A program made the translations under genes and the position numbers. A stretch of 64,000 bases of DNA. Origin: a plasmid. The first letter of the stretch is position 1, and the number at the start of each line of letters is the position of its first letter. Shown in pieces: positions 1 through 8,880 of this stretch. The stretch lies in sequence record NZ_CP156668.1; one strand, written 5' to 3'. The notes beneath the pieces are model-generated. The model was given only the letters and a program-made list of their open reading frames with translations. It was not told the origin of the DNA and made no database searches.

Positions 1-1008
1 GGTCAAGAATGATGCCAGAGTAGTTAGAACTAACCAAGTGCGGTAGCTAACTTTGGGAAAATGTTTATGAAAGTCTTGGGCAAAAGCCGCAACTAAACCG
101 ATCGCCGTGGTTAAGCAAGTGACGGTGATCAAAGTGGCTAAGATGGCCTGACCAGCGACGCCCATATAATAATTGACAATTTGGTCAAAAGCGATGCCAC
201 CATTAGCGGAAACTTTGAATTTACCTAAGGACATCGCGCCAACGAAGATCAAACCAACGTAGATGACGGCGATCATTGCCATTGCGAAGACGCCGGCACG
301 GGCAGTGACCAGCGCGACACTGTTAGCGCGTTTTTTGCCTAAGGTGCGAACGGCGGTAACTACGGTGACCCCGAAGGCTAAGCCAGCTAAGGCGTCCATC
401 GTGTTATAACCTTGCAAGAAACCATTGACGAAAGAGCCTGATGTATAAGCAGCGGTGGCGTGTTGAACACCGGCGTGGCCCATTGGTGAACTAAAAGCTA
501 AGAAGAAAACGCCAGCTAATAAGACTAAGAAAACTGGATTTAATAACTTACCGATATTGTTGACGATTTTATTTTCCTCTAATGAGAAAAAGAGGGCTAA
601 GCCGAAGAAAACAGCGGAGAAAACTAATAAACCAACTGTTTGGAAATTCTTTGGTACTAGTGGCGCTAAGCCAACCGTGTAGGAAACGGTGGCTGTCCGT
701 GGTGTACCAAAAAGTGGGCCGATGGTGCCGTGGATCAAGATCATGAATAAGAGCGCGAATACGGGACCTAAAGGCCGCCCAACATCATAGACACCTTCGG
801 AACGAGTGATACTGATTGCTAAAACGGATAATAATGGCAATAACACACCAGTGACTAAGAAGCCAAGCGCGGCAGGCACCCAATTCTGTCCCGCTAGCTG
901 GCCTAAATGTAATGGAAAAATCAAGTTACCAGCACCAAAGAATAGACCAAAAAGCATTGAACTAACCACGAAATAATCGCGTTTAGTGAGTTTACGTTCC
1001 TCTAACAT
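1..1008 (-). CDS. brnQ: Branched-chain amino acid transport system II carrier protein (LIVCS family). 5' part only; the gene runs off the window start
   Basis: Minus-strand translation MLEERKLTKRDYFVVSSMLFGLFFGAGNLIFPLHLGQ... is a polytopic membrane protein with the LIVCS N-terminal motif. RBS AAGGAG lies 8 nt upstream of the ATG at 1006-1008. Confidence 0.8.
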   Translation of the reverse strand, partial: MLEERKLTKRDYFVVSSMLFGLFFGAGNLIFPLHLGQLAGQNWVPAALGFLVTGVLLPLLSVLAISITRSEGVYDVGRPLGPVFALLFMILIHGTIGPLFGTPRTATVSYTVGLAPLVPKNFQTVGLLVFSAVFFGLALFFSLEENKIVNNIGKLLNPVFLVLLAGVFFLAFSSPMGHAGVQHATAAYTSGSFVNGFLQGYNTMDALAGLAFGVTVVTAVRTLGKKRANSVALVTARAGVFAMAMIAVIYVGLIFVGAMSLGKFKVSANGGIAFDQIVNYYMGVAGQAILATLITVTCLTTAIGLVAAFAQDFHKHFPKVSYRTWLVLTTLASFLT

Positions 1009-1501
1009 AAGCAGCACTCCTTAAATTTTGTAGGTTGTGGAAATGTGGTTCAAAGACTAAGCGTCTGTTGCCCCACGTTTAAATCATGAGTGTTGCCATT
1101 GCTAAGTCGACTTTAGTAATGGCGGCGATCATCCTGCGCGGGAATGATCACGATAAACAAAAAACGCCCAAACCTGAAAAATTAATTTCAGATAAGGACG
1201 TTAATAAACGTGTTACCACCTTGATTTGCCATTTTATCACGAAAACAGCCTCTTCGGGTACAAGCACCAATTGGTACGAAATACCCTAGCTCGATAATGG
1301 GAGCCCCCAATGAACGCTCAAAGGTGATTTTCTAATTGTCGCACCTTGACGTCCTTGCACCAAACGACGCTCGCTTAACTGGTGAATACAATTATACTTT
1401 TCTTATCACAGCGTTTAATTTACTCATTGATTTATCATGTTGCTATAATTTAACGCGATTTTAAGTGTTTGTCAAGGAGGTGATAAAAATAAATTTATAA
1501 T

Positions 1502-2035
1502 TTAAGGCAGTAGTCCATATTGAATTAACGTGTCAATGCTATCTAATACGATGGTCGTATTATCAAAATGTGGCTGCCATTTTAGGATATCTTGCGCTTT
1601 TTGGGTACTCAACTGACGATTGACGTGCACTAATAAATTGCCTTCGCGGGCGGTCTGGTTGAACAAAGCAGCGCTGCTTAAAAGCAAGTTCGGCATCGTT
1701 TTAGTGGGAATGTTTTGGGCAATTTGCGGTCGTTTTTGGCGAATCAGTGCTGCTATCTCTGGTAGTGATATCTGACCAGCAGCACTAGCCAGAAAACGTC
1801 GCCCGCCAGCGTGAGGTGCGGTCAGCGCACGAATGTGTAAGTCAGCAACATCGCGCACATCGATCAGATTGAGTGGGATATTGGGAATCATTTTGGGACG
1901 ACCGTTAAGTAAATTTTTCAATAGATCAAAGCTGCTAGAAACGTGGGCGTCTAATGCTGGGCCCATGATCGCCACCGGATTGAGTTTTGGCCTGGCCCTG
2001 GATCCACTTATGAACTGTTGAATAGCCAATGCCAT
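1502..2035 (-). pseudogene. NAD-dependent epimerase/dehydratase (SDR) C-terminal fragment. The N-terminal Rossmann part is missing and replaced by an IS fragment
   Basis: The 177-aa ORF shows the C-terminal half of SDR aldehyde-reductase/epimerase-like proteins and no GxxGxxG motif. Its first ~8 codons are encoded by the adjoining IS3-type fragment. Confidence 0.55.
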
Positions 2036-2222
2036 ATTCTCTGGCCAGTTGGGCAGCTGATTCGCCTTGCTTATATAGGTTGATAATGTTTTGTTTGAAT
2101 TCTTTGTCGTAACGAGTTGGCAGGTAAAAATTCCTTCCTTTTGAGAGATGATTTATTCATTATACCCTCTCTTAAAAGTTGTCTCAGGAATCAGCTTACA
2201 TCCAGAATTTTTTATTTTCTGT
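2010..2222 (-). mobile_element. IS3-family IS remnant. Terminal inverted repeat plus 5' end of orfA (ATG mutated to CTG), truncated internally
   Basis: About 97% identical to 13431-13643. In that copy it encodes MPTRYDKEFKQNIINLYKQGKSAAQLVREYGIGY, an HTH OrfA N-terminus of IS3/IS150-group transposases. The element terminus is at ...GGATGTAAGCTGATTCCTGAGAC. Confidence 0.6.
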
Positions 2223-2464
2223 CAGCGTTCATATATTCTGGAAAATTGTCTTCAACTTTATATTTATAGGAATCAAATTCAGATGAACGCTTATCATAGA
2301 GCGCCATAAGTTTGTTATATTCGTACTCGTTATATTCTGCATTGTTTAATTTCTTTGGTTAAGCTGGGGCGTCTTCATTTGGACGCTCGGTGGGGCCATT
2401 ATCCTGCTTGTCAAATTATTAGGGGCCCTAGGCATGAACTATCGGTGAGTTAGTCTCGAACTGC

Positions 2465-2505
2465 AAAAAGATACTGTATAGGCGACGCCTACACAGTATC
2501 TTTTT
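2465..2505. terminator. Perfect hairpin with U-tracts on both sides. Terminator for the oxidoreductase gene
   Basis: aaaaagatactgtataggcgacgcctacacagtatcttttt. Confidence 0.7.
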
Positions 2506-2528
2506 AAATTGGTCAGTTGGTTTAATAA

Positions 2529-3878
2529 CTAGTCATGGTGTAAAAGTGGTGTCAACATATCAATGATACCCACTGAAGCACTCGGAAAGGCAAAAATCTT
2601 CTGACTTAACGTGTTGGCTGAGACGTGATCAGTAATAATCATGGTCAGTAAGTTAATCAAGTCTGGCGCGCCATTACCATAGATGGAGGCGCCAACAAGG
2701 TAATTCTCTTGGTCAAAGACCAGTTGTAGATCAGCATCGACCTCGTTTTGATACTGAAAGGCTAACAGTTTACCGTATGGCAGTGCTTGAACGTGAAAGT
2801 GTTCAGTATCAAGCTTGGCGGCTTCGACAGGGATACCGACTTGTGCGATTCTTGGTAACGTAAAGACGACCGATGGAATGACCGGATAATCAATCGCGGC
2901 CGTACTTCCAAGCAATTGGCCGGCAATGTAGTTAGACTCAAAGGTCGCGGTCGGTGTTAACTTCGGCAAAGTCTTGCTGATGACATCACCGCTAGCGTAA
3001 ATGTTAGGAATATTTGTCCGCAAATGGTCGTCGATGATAATGCCGTGCCGATCGGTCTTAATGCCAACGTTCGTTAACCCTAAGTGTTCGATGTTTGGAA
3101 TCCGACCAGTGGCTGCGATGATGTCATCACTCTCAATGGTCAGGCCGTTCTTAGTGGTTGCCAATAATCCCGTGGCGCTTTTAGTCACTTGGCTAAGGGC
3201 TTCACCAAAGTGGAAGTGTACCCCGGCTGCCTGTAAATGTGCAATCATTTTTTCAACGTGCTCTGAATAAAATGCAGGTAGTGCCCGGTCGGCAAACTCA
3301 ATAATATGCACTTCAGATCCTAGTAACACAGCCATGTTGGCAAATTCTAACGAGATAATTCCGGCACCAATCAAGGTCAACCGCTTGGGCATGGTTGGTA
3401 GGTCAAGAAAATCACGACTATCATGCATTAGATCAGCGCCCGGAATAGCTAATTTGGCTGGGCGCTGTCCGGTCCCGACAACGATGGTATCCGCCGTATA
3501 CGTGCTGCCGGCCACTTTAACAGTGTGCGTATCAGTCAGTTCGCCATGTCCTGTAATAATCTTAATCCCTAATTGCTTGAATACGGCCGTCATTTGTACC
3601 GATAAGGGTTGAATGACTTGCTGCTTATATGCCATCAACTGTGACCAATCGATACTGGGCGTTGTGTTGACACCAATCCCCTGGTATTGTTTGAGCTGTT
3701 CGGTCAGTTCGAAGGGGCCGTCTAACAGAATCTTAGCATCACAACCAAAGTTAGTGCATGTCCCGGCGATTGTATCCTCTTCAATGATTGCTACCTTTTG
3801 TTGCGCACGTGCAAGGGTCACTGCAGCGTGCCACGTCGCGTGACCGCTACCGATAAAAATTGTGTCATAATCTGCCAT
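2529..3878 (-). CDS. FAD-dependent pyridine nucleotide-disulfide oxidoreductase (glutathione-reductase / dihydrolipoamide-dehydrogenase family)
   Basis: N-terminal FAD motif IGSGHA, redox-active CxxxxC (TCTNFGC), a second GxGxxG NAD(P) motif (LIGAGIISLEFA), and a C-terminal dimerisation region with conserved His. Confidence 0.8.
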   Translation of the reverse strand: MADYDTIFIGSGHATWHAAVTLARAQQKVAIIEEDTIAGTCTNFGCDAKILLDGPFELTEQLKQYQGIGVNTTPSIDWSQLMAYKQQVIQPLSVQMTAVFKQLGIKIITGHGELTDTHTVKVAGSTYTADTIVVGTGQRPAKLAIPGADLMHDSRDFLDLPTMPKRLTLIGAGIISLEFANMAVLLGSEVHIIEFADRALPAFYSEHVEKMIAHLQAAGVHFHFGEALSQVTKSATGLLATTKNGLTIESDDIIAATGRIPNIEHLGLTNVGIKTDRHGIIIDDHLRTNIPNIYASGDVISKTLPKLTPTATFESNYIAGQLLGSTAAIDYPVIPSVVFTLPRIAQVGIPVEAAKLDTEHFHVQALPYGKLLAFQYQNEVDADLQLVFDQENYLVGASIYGNGAPDLINLLTMIITDHVSANTLSQKIFAFPSASVGIIDMLTPLLHHD

Positions 3879-3943
3879 TAAAGATTCCTCCTAAATTTAT
3901 AATTCAGTCGTGCACGATTTAAACAGCCAATAAAAAGGCCCAT

Positions 3944-4380
3944 CTAGGCCAAATCTTGTGATAATGCGGTAATGATCTTCTGGTTCAAGGCCAAAGCCTG
4001 CTGATATTCATCGATGGTCAGATGGTAGCGACTGATACAAGTTGCAATCGCGGCTTCGATTGGTGCTTGTTGTTGCTTGCCTTGAGTTGTGAGATGAATA
4101 ATCAATTGACGCCGATCCGTTGCTGGGCGCTCCCGTTGCAACCACCCGGCGTCTTCCATACGCCGCAAAAGTGGTGTCAGAGTGTTGCTACTTAAACGCA
4201 GAACTTGACCCAATTCGTGTAGTGACTGGTCGTTGCGTTCCCACAATGCCATTAGTACGAGATATTGTGCGTAAGTCAGCTTGAATGGCGTTAATGTTTC
4301 GACATAAAATTTGTTAAATAACCGATTGGCATTGTATATGCTAAAACAAAGTTGATTTGCTAGGTCAATTTCTAGTGTCA
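3944..4380 (-). CDS. MarR-family transcriptional regulator
   Basis: Winged-helix motif ...LTYAQYLVLMALWERNDQSLHELGQVLRLSSNTLTPLLRRMEDAGWLQRERPATDRRQL. Start chosen at MTLEID (RBS GAAAGGGG 8 nt upstream). The longer ORF start has no RBS. Confidence 0.75.
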
Positions 4381-4540
4381 TGCAGATGCCCCTTTCAATC
4401 GTGTACGATTGATTAATAGTATAAGCCCCTTTCTTAACAAAAACAAGGGGTAGTTCGATTTTTAATGGCACAGCCACGAACTTCGGACAATTTTTAATTT
4501 TCAAGAACAAGCTGCTTGGGTGGTGTCGTCAACTAGGCAG

Positions 4541-4730
<190 letters not shown>

Positions 4731-4839
4731 AATTGGTATTTGAATTCACGGCCACTTAAATGTCTTAATTGGCATACACCAATCAAGATCTTCTTGCTTA
4801 ATTTACGTCATTAAATTCGTTCAAGTTATTTCTTGCAAT

Positions 4840-5496
4840 CTACCATATAAACATTGCAGGTACCAGAATAATCAGGTCTGATATTAGATGTATATACATA
4901 CCTCCTCTCAATGAATTTGTAGACTTCCATGCTTGCGAATACGGATATCTAGAAAGTCCAACCATTAAACATGGCCATAGTTGAAAATCATATGTCACAA
5001 TGTGCATTATTCCAAATGCAAGACAACCAATTAAATTACTTAAAACCCATCCAAACTTATTGTTTTTAACATAAAAATACAACGGTAACGTGATTCCAGC
5101 AACTAATAACTCTTCTCCTACAATTGAAACTGAAGTTTTAATTACCTCTATTACATTAGACAAAATCCCGCCGTTATGTGCTGCTCCTACAGCAGGATTA
5201 GTTGGAAATGCATTAACATCTACTAAACTAAATATTTCCCCTACGGCTACTATTCCCCCTTTGATAAGGAACGACAATAGTAATAGCATTGCCAATCTCC
5301 AAAAAAAAGGCCTTTCCATTGGCTTCATCATACTTTTGAATTGTCTATAACCAAATATTATTAACAAACTTGCACTACCAAAAAACGTAGTAGACAGCCA
5401 GTTAAAACTATACGGAGTAACTGCCCCAACAACTCCAACTATTATTAAAGTCAAAGCAATTATCACATGCGTTATTTTTATAGGTGTTTTATTCAT
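4840..5496 (-). CDS. CPBP-family intramembrane metalloprotease (CAAX protease / Abi-like). Multi-pass membrane protein
   Basis: 6-7 predicted TM helices. Has a GEELLVAG (EExxx) motif, FGIMH (FxxxH) and HLISD (HxxxD) motifs typical of CPBP proteins. Confidence 0.5.
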   Translation of the reverse strand: MNKTPIKITHVIIALTLIIVGVVGAVTPYSFNWLSTTFFGSASLLIIFGYRQFKSMMKPMERPFFWRLAMLLLLSFLIKGGIVAVGEIFSLVDVNAFPTNPAVGAAHNGGILSNVIEVIKTSVSIVGEELLVAGITLPLYFYVKNNKFGWVLSNLIGCLAFGIMHIVTYDFQLWPCLMVGLSRYPYSQAWKSTNSLRGGMYIHLISDLIILVPAMFIW

Positions 5497-5517
5497 TTTG
5501 TCTCCCTGCTAAAATAA

Positions 5518-7038
5518 TATGGTAGCGTCAAGAATCTTGTGTAAATGAAATGCCTTCGTACATATAATATGTATCTAACTTAAATAAATGATGCTTCCAA
5601 GAGGTGTCCTGGAGTCCTTTGAACCCTCGGTGGATCCGCTTCAGAGACTTCTCGTTATAAACATTAAACTGAGAAACCAGGAAGCGATCCAGTGAATCTT
5701 CCGTTGGAAATTGTTCTTTGTGGTGGGTGGTACGCTTGAGATGCTTATTAAAGTTCTCAATCAGGTTAGTGGAGTATAGTGATTGCCGGATAGCTGGTGG
5801 AAAGTCCATGAAAGTGAGTAAATTCGGCATTTTAAGCAGATCTTTGATTAATTTGGGATAGGTCTGATGCCAGTTGTTGGCGAACTCATTCAGTTTCAGC
5901 TCGGCTGCTTCACGGTTGGCGGCCCGATGAACTTGTTTAAAGTCACTGATCACGGCCTTGCGGTCTTTTACGCGAACTTTGTTCAGCAGATTCCGCCCAA
6001 CATGAACCAGGCAACGTTGTCGTTTAGCTTTAGAGAAATGCCGATTCAAGCCTTCATCCAAACCAACTAACCCATCGGCCACAAACAACAGCACATCTTT
6101 AACGCCCTGCTTGATCAAGGTTCCCAGCAGTTCAGTCCAGATTCCAGTCGATTCCGTTGGCGCCACTTGGTAGTTCAGCACTTCTTTCGTACCATCTGGA
6201 CGAATGCCAATCGCAATATGAACGGCTTCTTTTTGAACGGTATCCCGCTTTAACGGCAAGTAAGTGGCATCTAAGAAGATGGCCGCATATTGTGAAGCCA
6301 GTCGACGTTGCTAGAAAGCTTGAACCTGTTCATTGACGGCTTTAGTCATGTTGGAAACCGTGGCTTTGGAGTAGTGAGCACCGTACATTTTCTCAATGAG
6401 TTCGGCAATTTCAGCAGTGGTAATTCCCTTGGTATACAACTGAATGACCGTTGTTTCTAAATTATCACTGTGCCGACCGTAGGCTGGCAAGGTATGATTT
6501 TCAAACCGGCCATTGCGATCTCGAGGAATGGTTAAGTTAAGTTGGCCGTACTTCGTATCAAACGAGCGCTCATAACTGCCGTTGCGGTTATTACCAGTGT
6601 TAATCCCAGCGTATGAGTAGCGTTCGTAACCCAAAAACTCTGCCAATTCGGTTTGAAGCAGCTGGTTAATCGCAATTTCGAGGTGGTGACGAAAAACTTC
6701 GTCCAAATCTTGCTTTTGGGCTAGTGCAGCGATAATTTCTGTGGTAAGTTCATTCATGGGGAATGCTTCCTGTGATGTTTTCTGTGGTTACTAAATATCA
6801 GTATGCTTCCAAAATATTTGGGAATCCCCAACCTTTCACGACTGCAATTGGCTCAGCAGACATCAGCAGTATTCGATTACTAAATGGTGCAAAAGGTGTT
6901 GGCATTTCTGTCTCTGAGAATCTATCAATTGTGATCATCGATTGGACAGAATTAACCCAATTAGCACGTCCTATTTTAGCACCTGTGCAGTAAAAATTTA
7001 CACAGATGGATGAATTAGCTATTACGGCTCTCGTTGAT
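5518..7038 (-). mobile_element. IS256-family insertion sequence with a frameshifted transposase. The right terminus at 5518 is firm, the left boundary is approximate
   Basis: Transposase ORFs at 5528-6259 and 6311-6757. The terminus GGTAGCGTCAAGAATCTTGTGTAAATG... is defined by 70-bp identity to the inverted remnant at 62011-62080. The left end is inferred from a weak inverse match (ATTTACACAGAT...) near 7005-7038. Confidence 0.55.
5528..6757 (-). pseudogene. IS256-family transposase split by a frameshift (N-terminal 148 aa plus C-terminal 243 aa)
   Basis: N-terminal part MNELTTEIIAALAQKQDLDEVFRHHLEIAINQLLQTELAEFLGYERY... and C-terminal part ...LLFVADGLVGLDEGLNRHFSKAKRQRCLVHVGRNLLNKVR... are typical of IS256 transposases. 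The reading frame breaks between 6259 and 6311. Confidence 0.8.
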
Positions 7039-7124
7039 CACATACAACAACGCATACCGTAACTTTTACCGATATCACACTCAAGCAGGGCAATACGGTG
7101 GCAAATGTTAATTAAAACAACAAA

Positions 7125-7160
7125 AGAGTGTCAGTGTTTTTATGTACTGACACTCTTTTT
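7125..7160. terminator. Hairpin terminator downstream of pgmB
   Basis: aaaagagtgtcagtgtttttatgtactgacactctttt. Confidence 0.65.
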
Positions 7161-7166
7161 AGTTAT

Positions 7167-7838
7167 CTATTGCATTTTAGCTTCAATATTTGCTAATGTC
7201 ACTTCTGAAGTAGACTCAAAATTCAGATCCGCTCCTGACAACACATCTGAAATACCAACTGCTAGTGATGTTTCACCTGCGCCATTGATTGAGGAAATTC
7301 CAGCAGCTGAATCTTCCAATCCAATGACATTTTCTGGATCTAAATGTAAGACTTCCGCAGCACGAACGAAGATTTCAGGATCAGGTTTCCCCTTTGTCAA
7401 AGTGGCGGGATCAACAATGCCAACAAAATATTCGGTCAATCCCAAATGATCTAGAATCATTGGTGCGTTTTTAGAAGCTGATGCCACCGACATTGTATAG
7501 CCAGCTGCCTTAGCTGATTGAATGAAATCTTTCATGCCAGGCAAAATATCATCTTCAGTCAATGTTGAAATGAGTTGTTGATAATTATGATTTTTCTTTT
7601 CTGCTAATGCTTCTTTATCTGCTTGAGAAAAATCATCGGCATGATCCCCAGCATCCAAAATCATTTGCAAGGAAGCCATGCGACTGATGCCCTTCAAACC
7701 TTCAGCCAATTCTGGTGTCCAAGTTGTGCCAACCTCATCAGCTATTTGATGCCAAGCTTCACCATGAAAGCGCGCCGTGTCAGCAATAACGCCATCTAAA
7801 TCAAAGGCAAAACCTTTAATATCTGAAAATTTAGCCAT
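7167..7838 (-). CDS. pgmB: Beta-phosphoglucomutase (HAD superfamily)
   Basis: Starts with the DxDG motif (FAFDLDGVIADT). HAD motifs II-IV (SASKN, GKPDPEIF, EDSAAG). Located in a maltose phosphorylase operon. Confidence 0.85.
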   Translation of the reverse strand: MAKFSDIKGFAFDLDGVIADTARFHGEAWHQIADEVGTTWTPELAEGLKGISRMASLQMILDAGDHADDFSQADKEALAEKKNHNYQQLISTLTEDDILPGMKDFIQSAKAAGYTMSVASASKNAPMILDHLGLTEYFVGIVDPATLTKGKPDPEIFVRAAEVLHLDPENVIGLEDSAAGISSINGAGETSLAVGISDVLSGADLNFESTSEVTLANIEAKMQ

Positions 7839-7840
7839 TT

Positions 7841-8824
7841 TTATTTATCCTCGCTTTTTTTAATTTGGTAAGTTACAGTATATGTTTTTGTTTCATTTGC
7901 TGGCAAAACAATATCACCAAAGCCTTCATGATTAACCGCATCAGGCAAGGTCTGCATCTCAATAGCAAGCGCTGTTTTAATGTCACTGCTATCGTCAGGA
8001 TTGGCAGTGAATACAACCACACCATTGCGATCTGAATCCACTGTCAAGGTCAAACTTTCATCGGGTGAAGTTAGTCCTACTCCCTCCCCTTGACGGCTGG
8101 GATCTAATACCCAAGCATCATCGTAATGCTCTTGTCCCAAGGCATGCAAATGCGCAAAATCAAATTTTGTATTTTGATTATCAATCACGTTACCGGTTGG
8201 AATCGCGTGGTTATCAACTTCAAGATGTTGACGTGATGCAATTTGTAATTTATGCTGACTGATATCTTGATCCTTACCAACTAAATTAAAGTAGACATGC
8301 GTCATTGGATTGAACAATGTATTCTCGGTTGAAACGCCACTAAATATAATGTCTAAACGATCTTCATCGTCCAATCGATAGGTCACTTGGGCAGCTAATT
8401 GTCCGGCGAATTCATCATCAAAGGTACGTGTGAAATTAATTTCCGCCGCTGCACCCAAATTTCTTGCTTCACCGTGCCAATTAACCGCATCAAAGCCATT
8501 AATGCCAGAGTGTAAAACATTGCCATGATCATTTGGCGTTAATGTAAAATGTGCCCCATTAATATCATAATCAGTTTTTGATAGACGACCACCAACACGA
8601 CCAATTGTATTTCCAAAATGGAATGGATTATCTAAATACGCGGCTAAATCATCAAATTGGACTAACAATTCTTGTTTGGCACCATCACGTTCAACGGAAA
8701 ACGACTGCCAAGTTGCCCCGTATGAAATTGCAGTAATCTGTGTGTGCTTGATATTTTCTAGGGTAAACGCCGTCACGACTTTTCCGTCAGGTAATTGCCC
8801 AAAATCCTTCTCTACTACTTTCAT
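7841..8824 (-). CDS. Aldose 1-epimerase (mutarotase) family protein
   Basis: GalM-like sequence. Start set at MKVVEKDFG (RBS AGGAAAGGA) rather than the upstream ORF Met. Adjacent to and co-oriented with mapA and pgmB. Confidence 0.7.
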   Translation of the reverse strand: MKVVEKDFGQLPDGKVVTAFTLENIKHTQITAISYGATWQSFSVERDGAKQELLVQFDDLAAYLDNPFHFGNTIGRVGGRLSKTDYDINGAHFTLTPNDHGNVLHSGINGFDAVNWHGEARNLGAAAEINFTRTFDDEFAGQLAAQVTYRLDDEDRLDIIFSGVSTENTLFNPMTHVYFNLVGKDQDISQHKLQIASRQHLEVDNHAIPTGNVIDNQNTKFDFAHLHALGQEHYDDAWVLDPSRQGEGVGLTSPDESLTLTVDSDRNGVVVFTANPDDSSDIKTALAIEMQTLPDAVNHEGFGDIVLPANETKTYTVTYQIKKSEDK

Positions 8825-8880
8825 GATATCCTTTCCTGCTATACAGCAAATGAGCGATTCCTCGCTCATCATCATGCTTA

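Noticed and set aside
1086-1289. 67-aa plus-strand ORF upstream of brnQ
   Set aside because: No RBS and a low-complexity product. It lies in the brnQ leader/promoter region on the opposite strand. I also looked for a T-box riboswitch signature upstream of brnQ and did not find a convincing AGGGTGGNACCGCG element.
3001-3843. Three plus-strand ORFs (89, 92 and 76 aa) inside the oxidoreductase gene
   Set aside because: Antisense to a well-supported CDS. Cys/Arg-rich nonsense composition.
6763-7449. Plus-strand ORFs 6763-6993 and 7105-7449
   Set aside because: The first overlaps the presumed IS256 left arm and the second is antisense to pgmB. Neither has an RBS or a recognisable domain.
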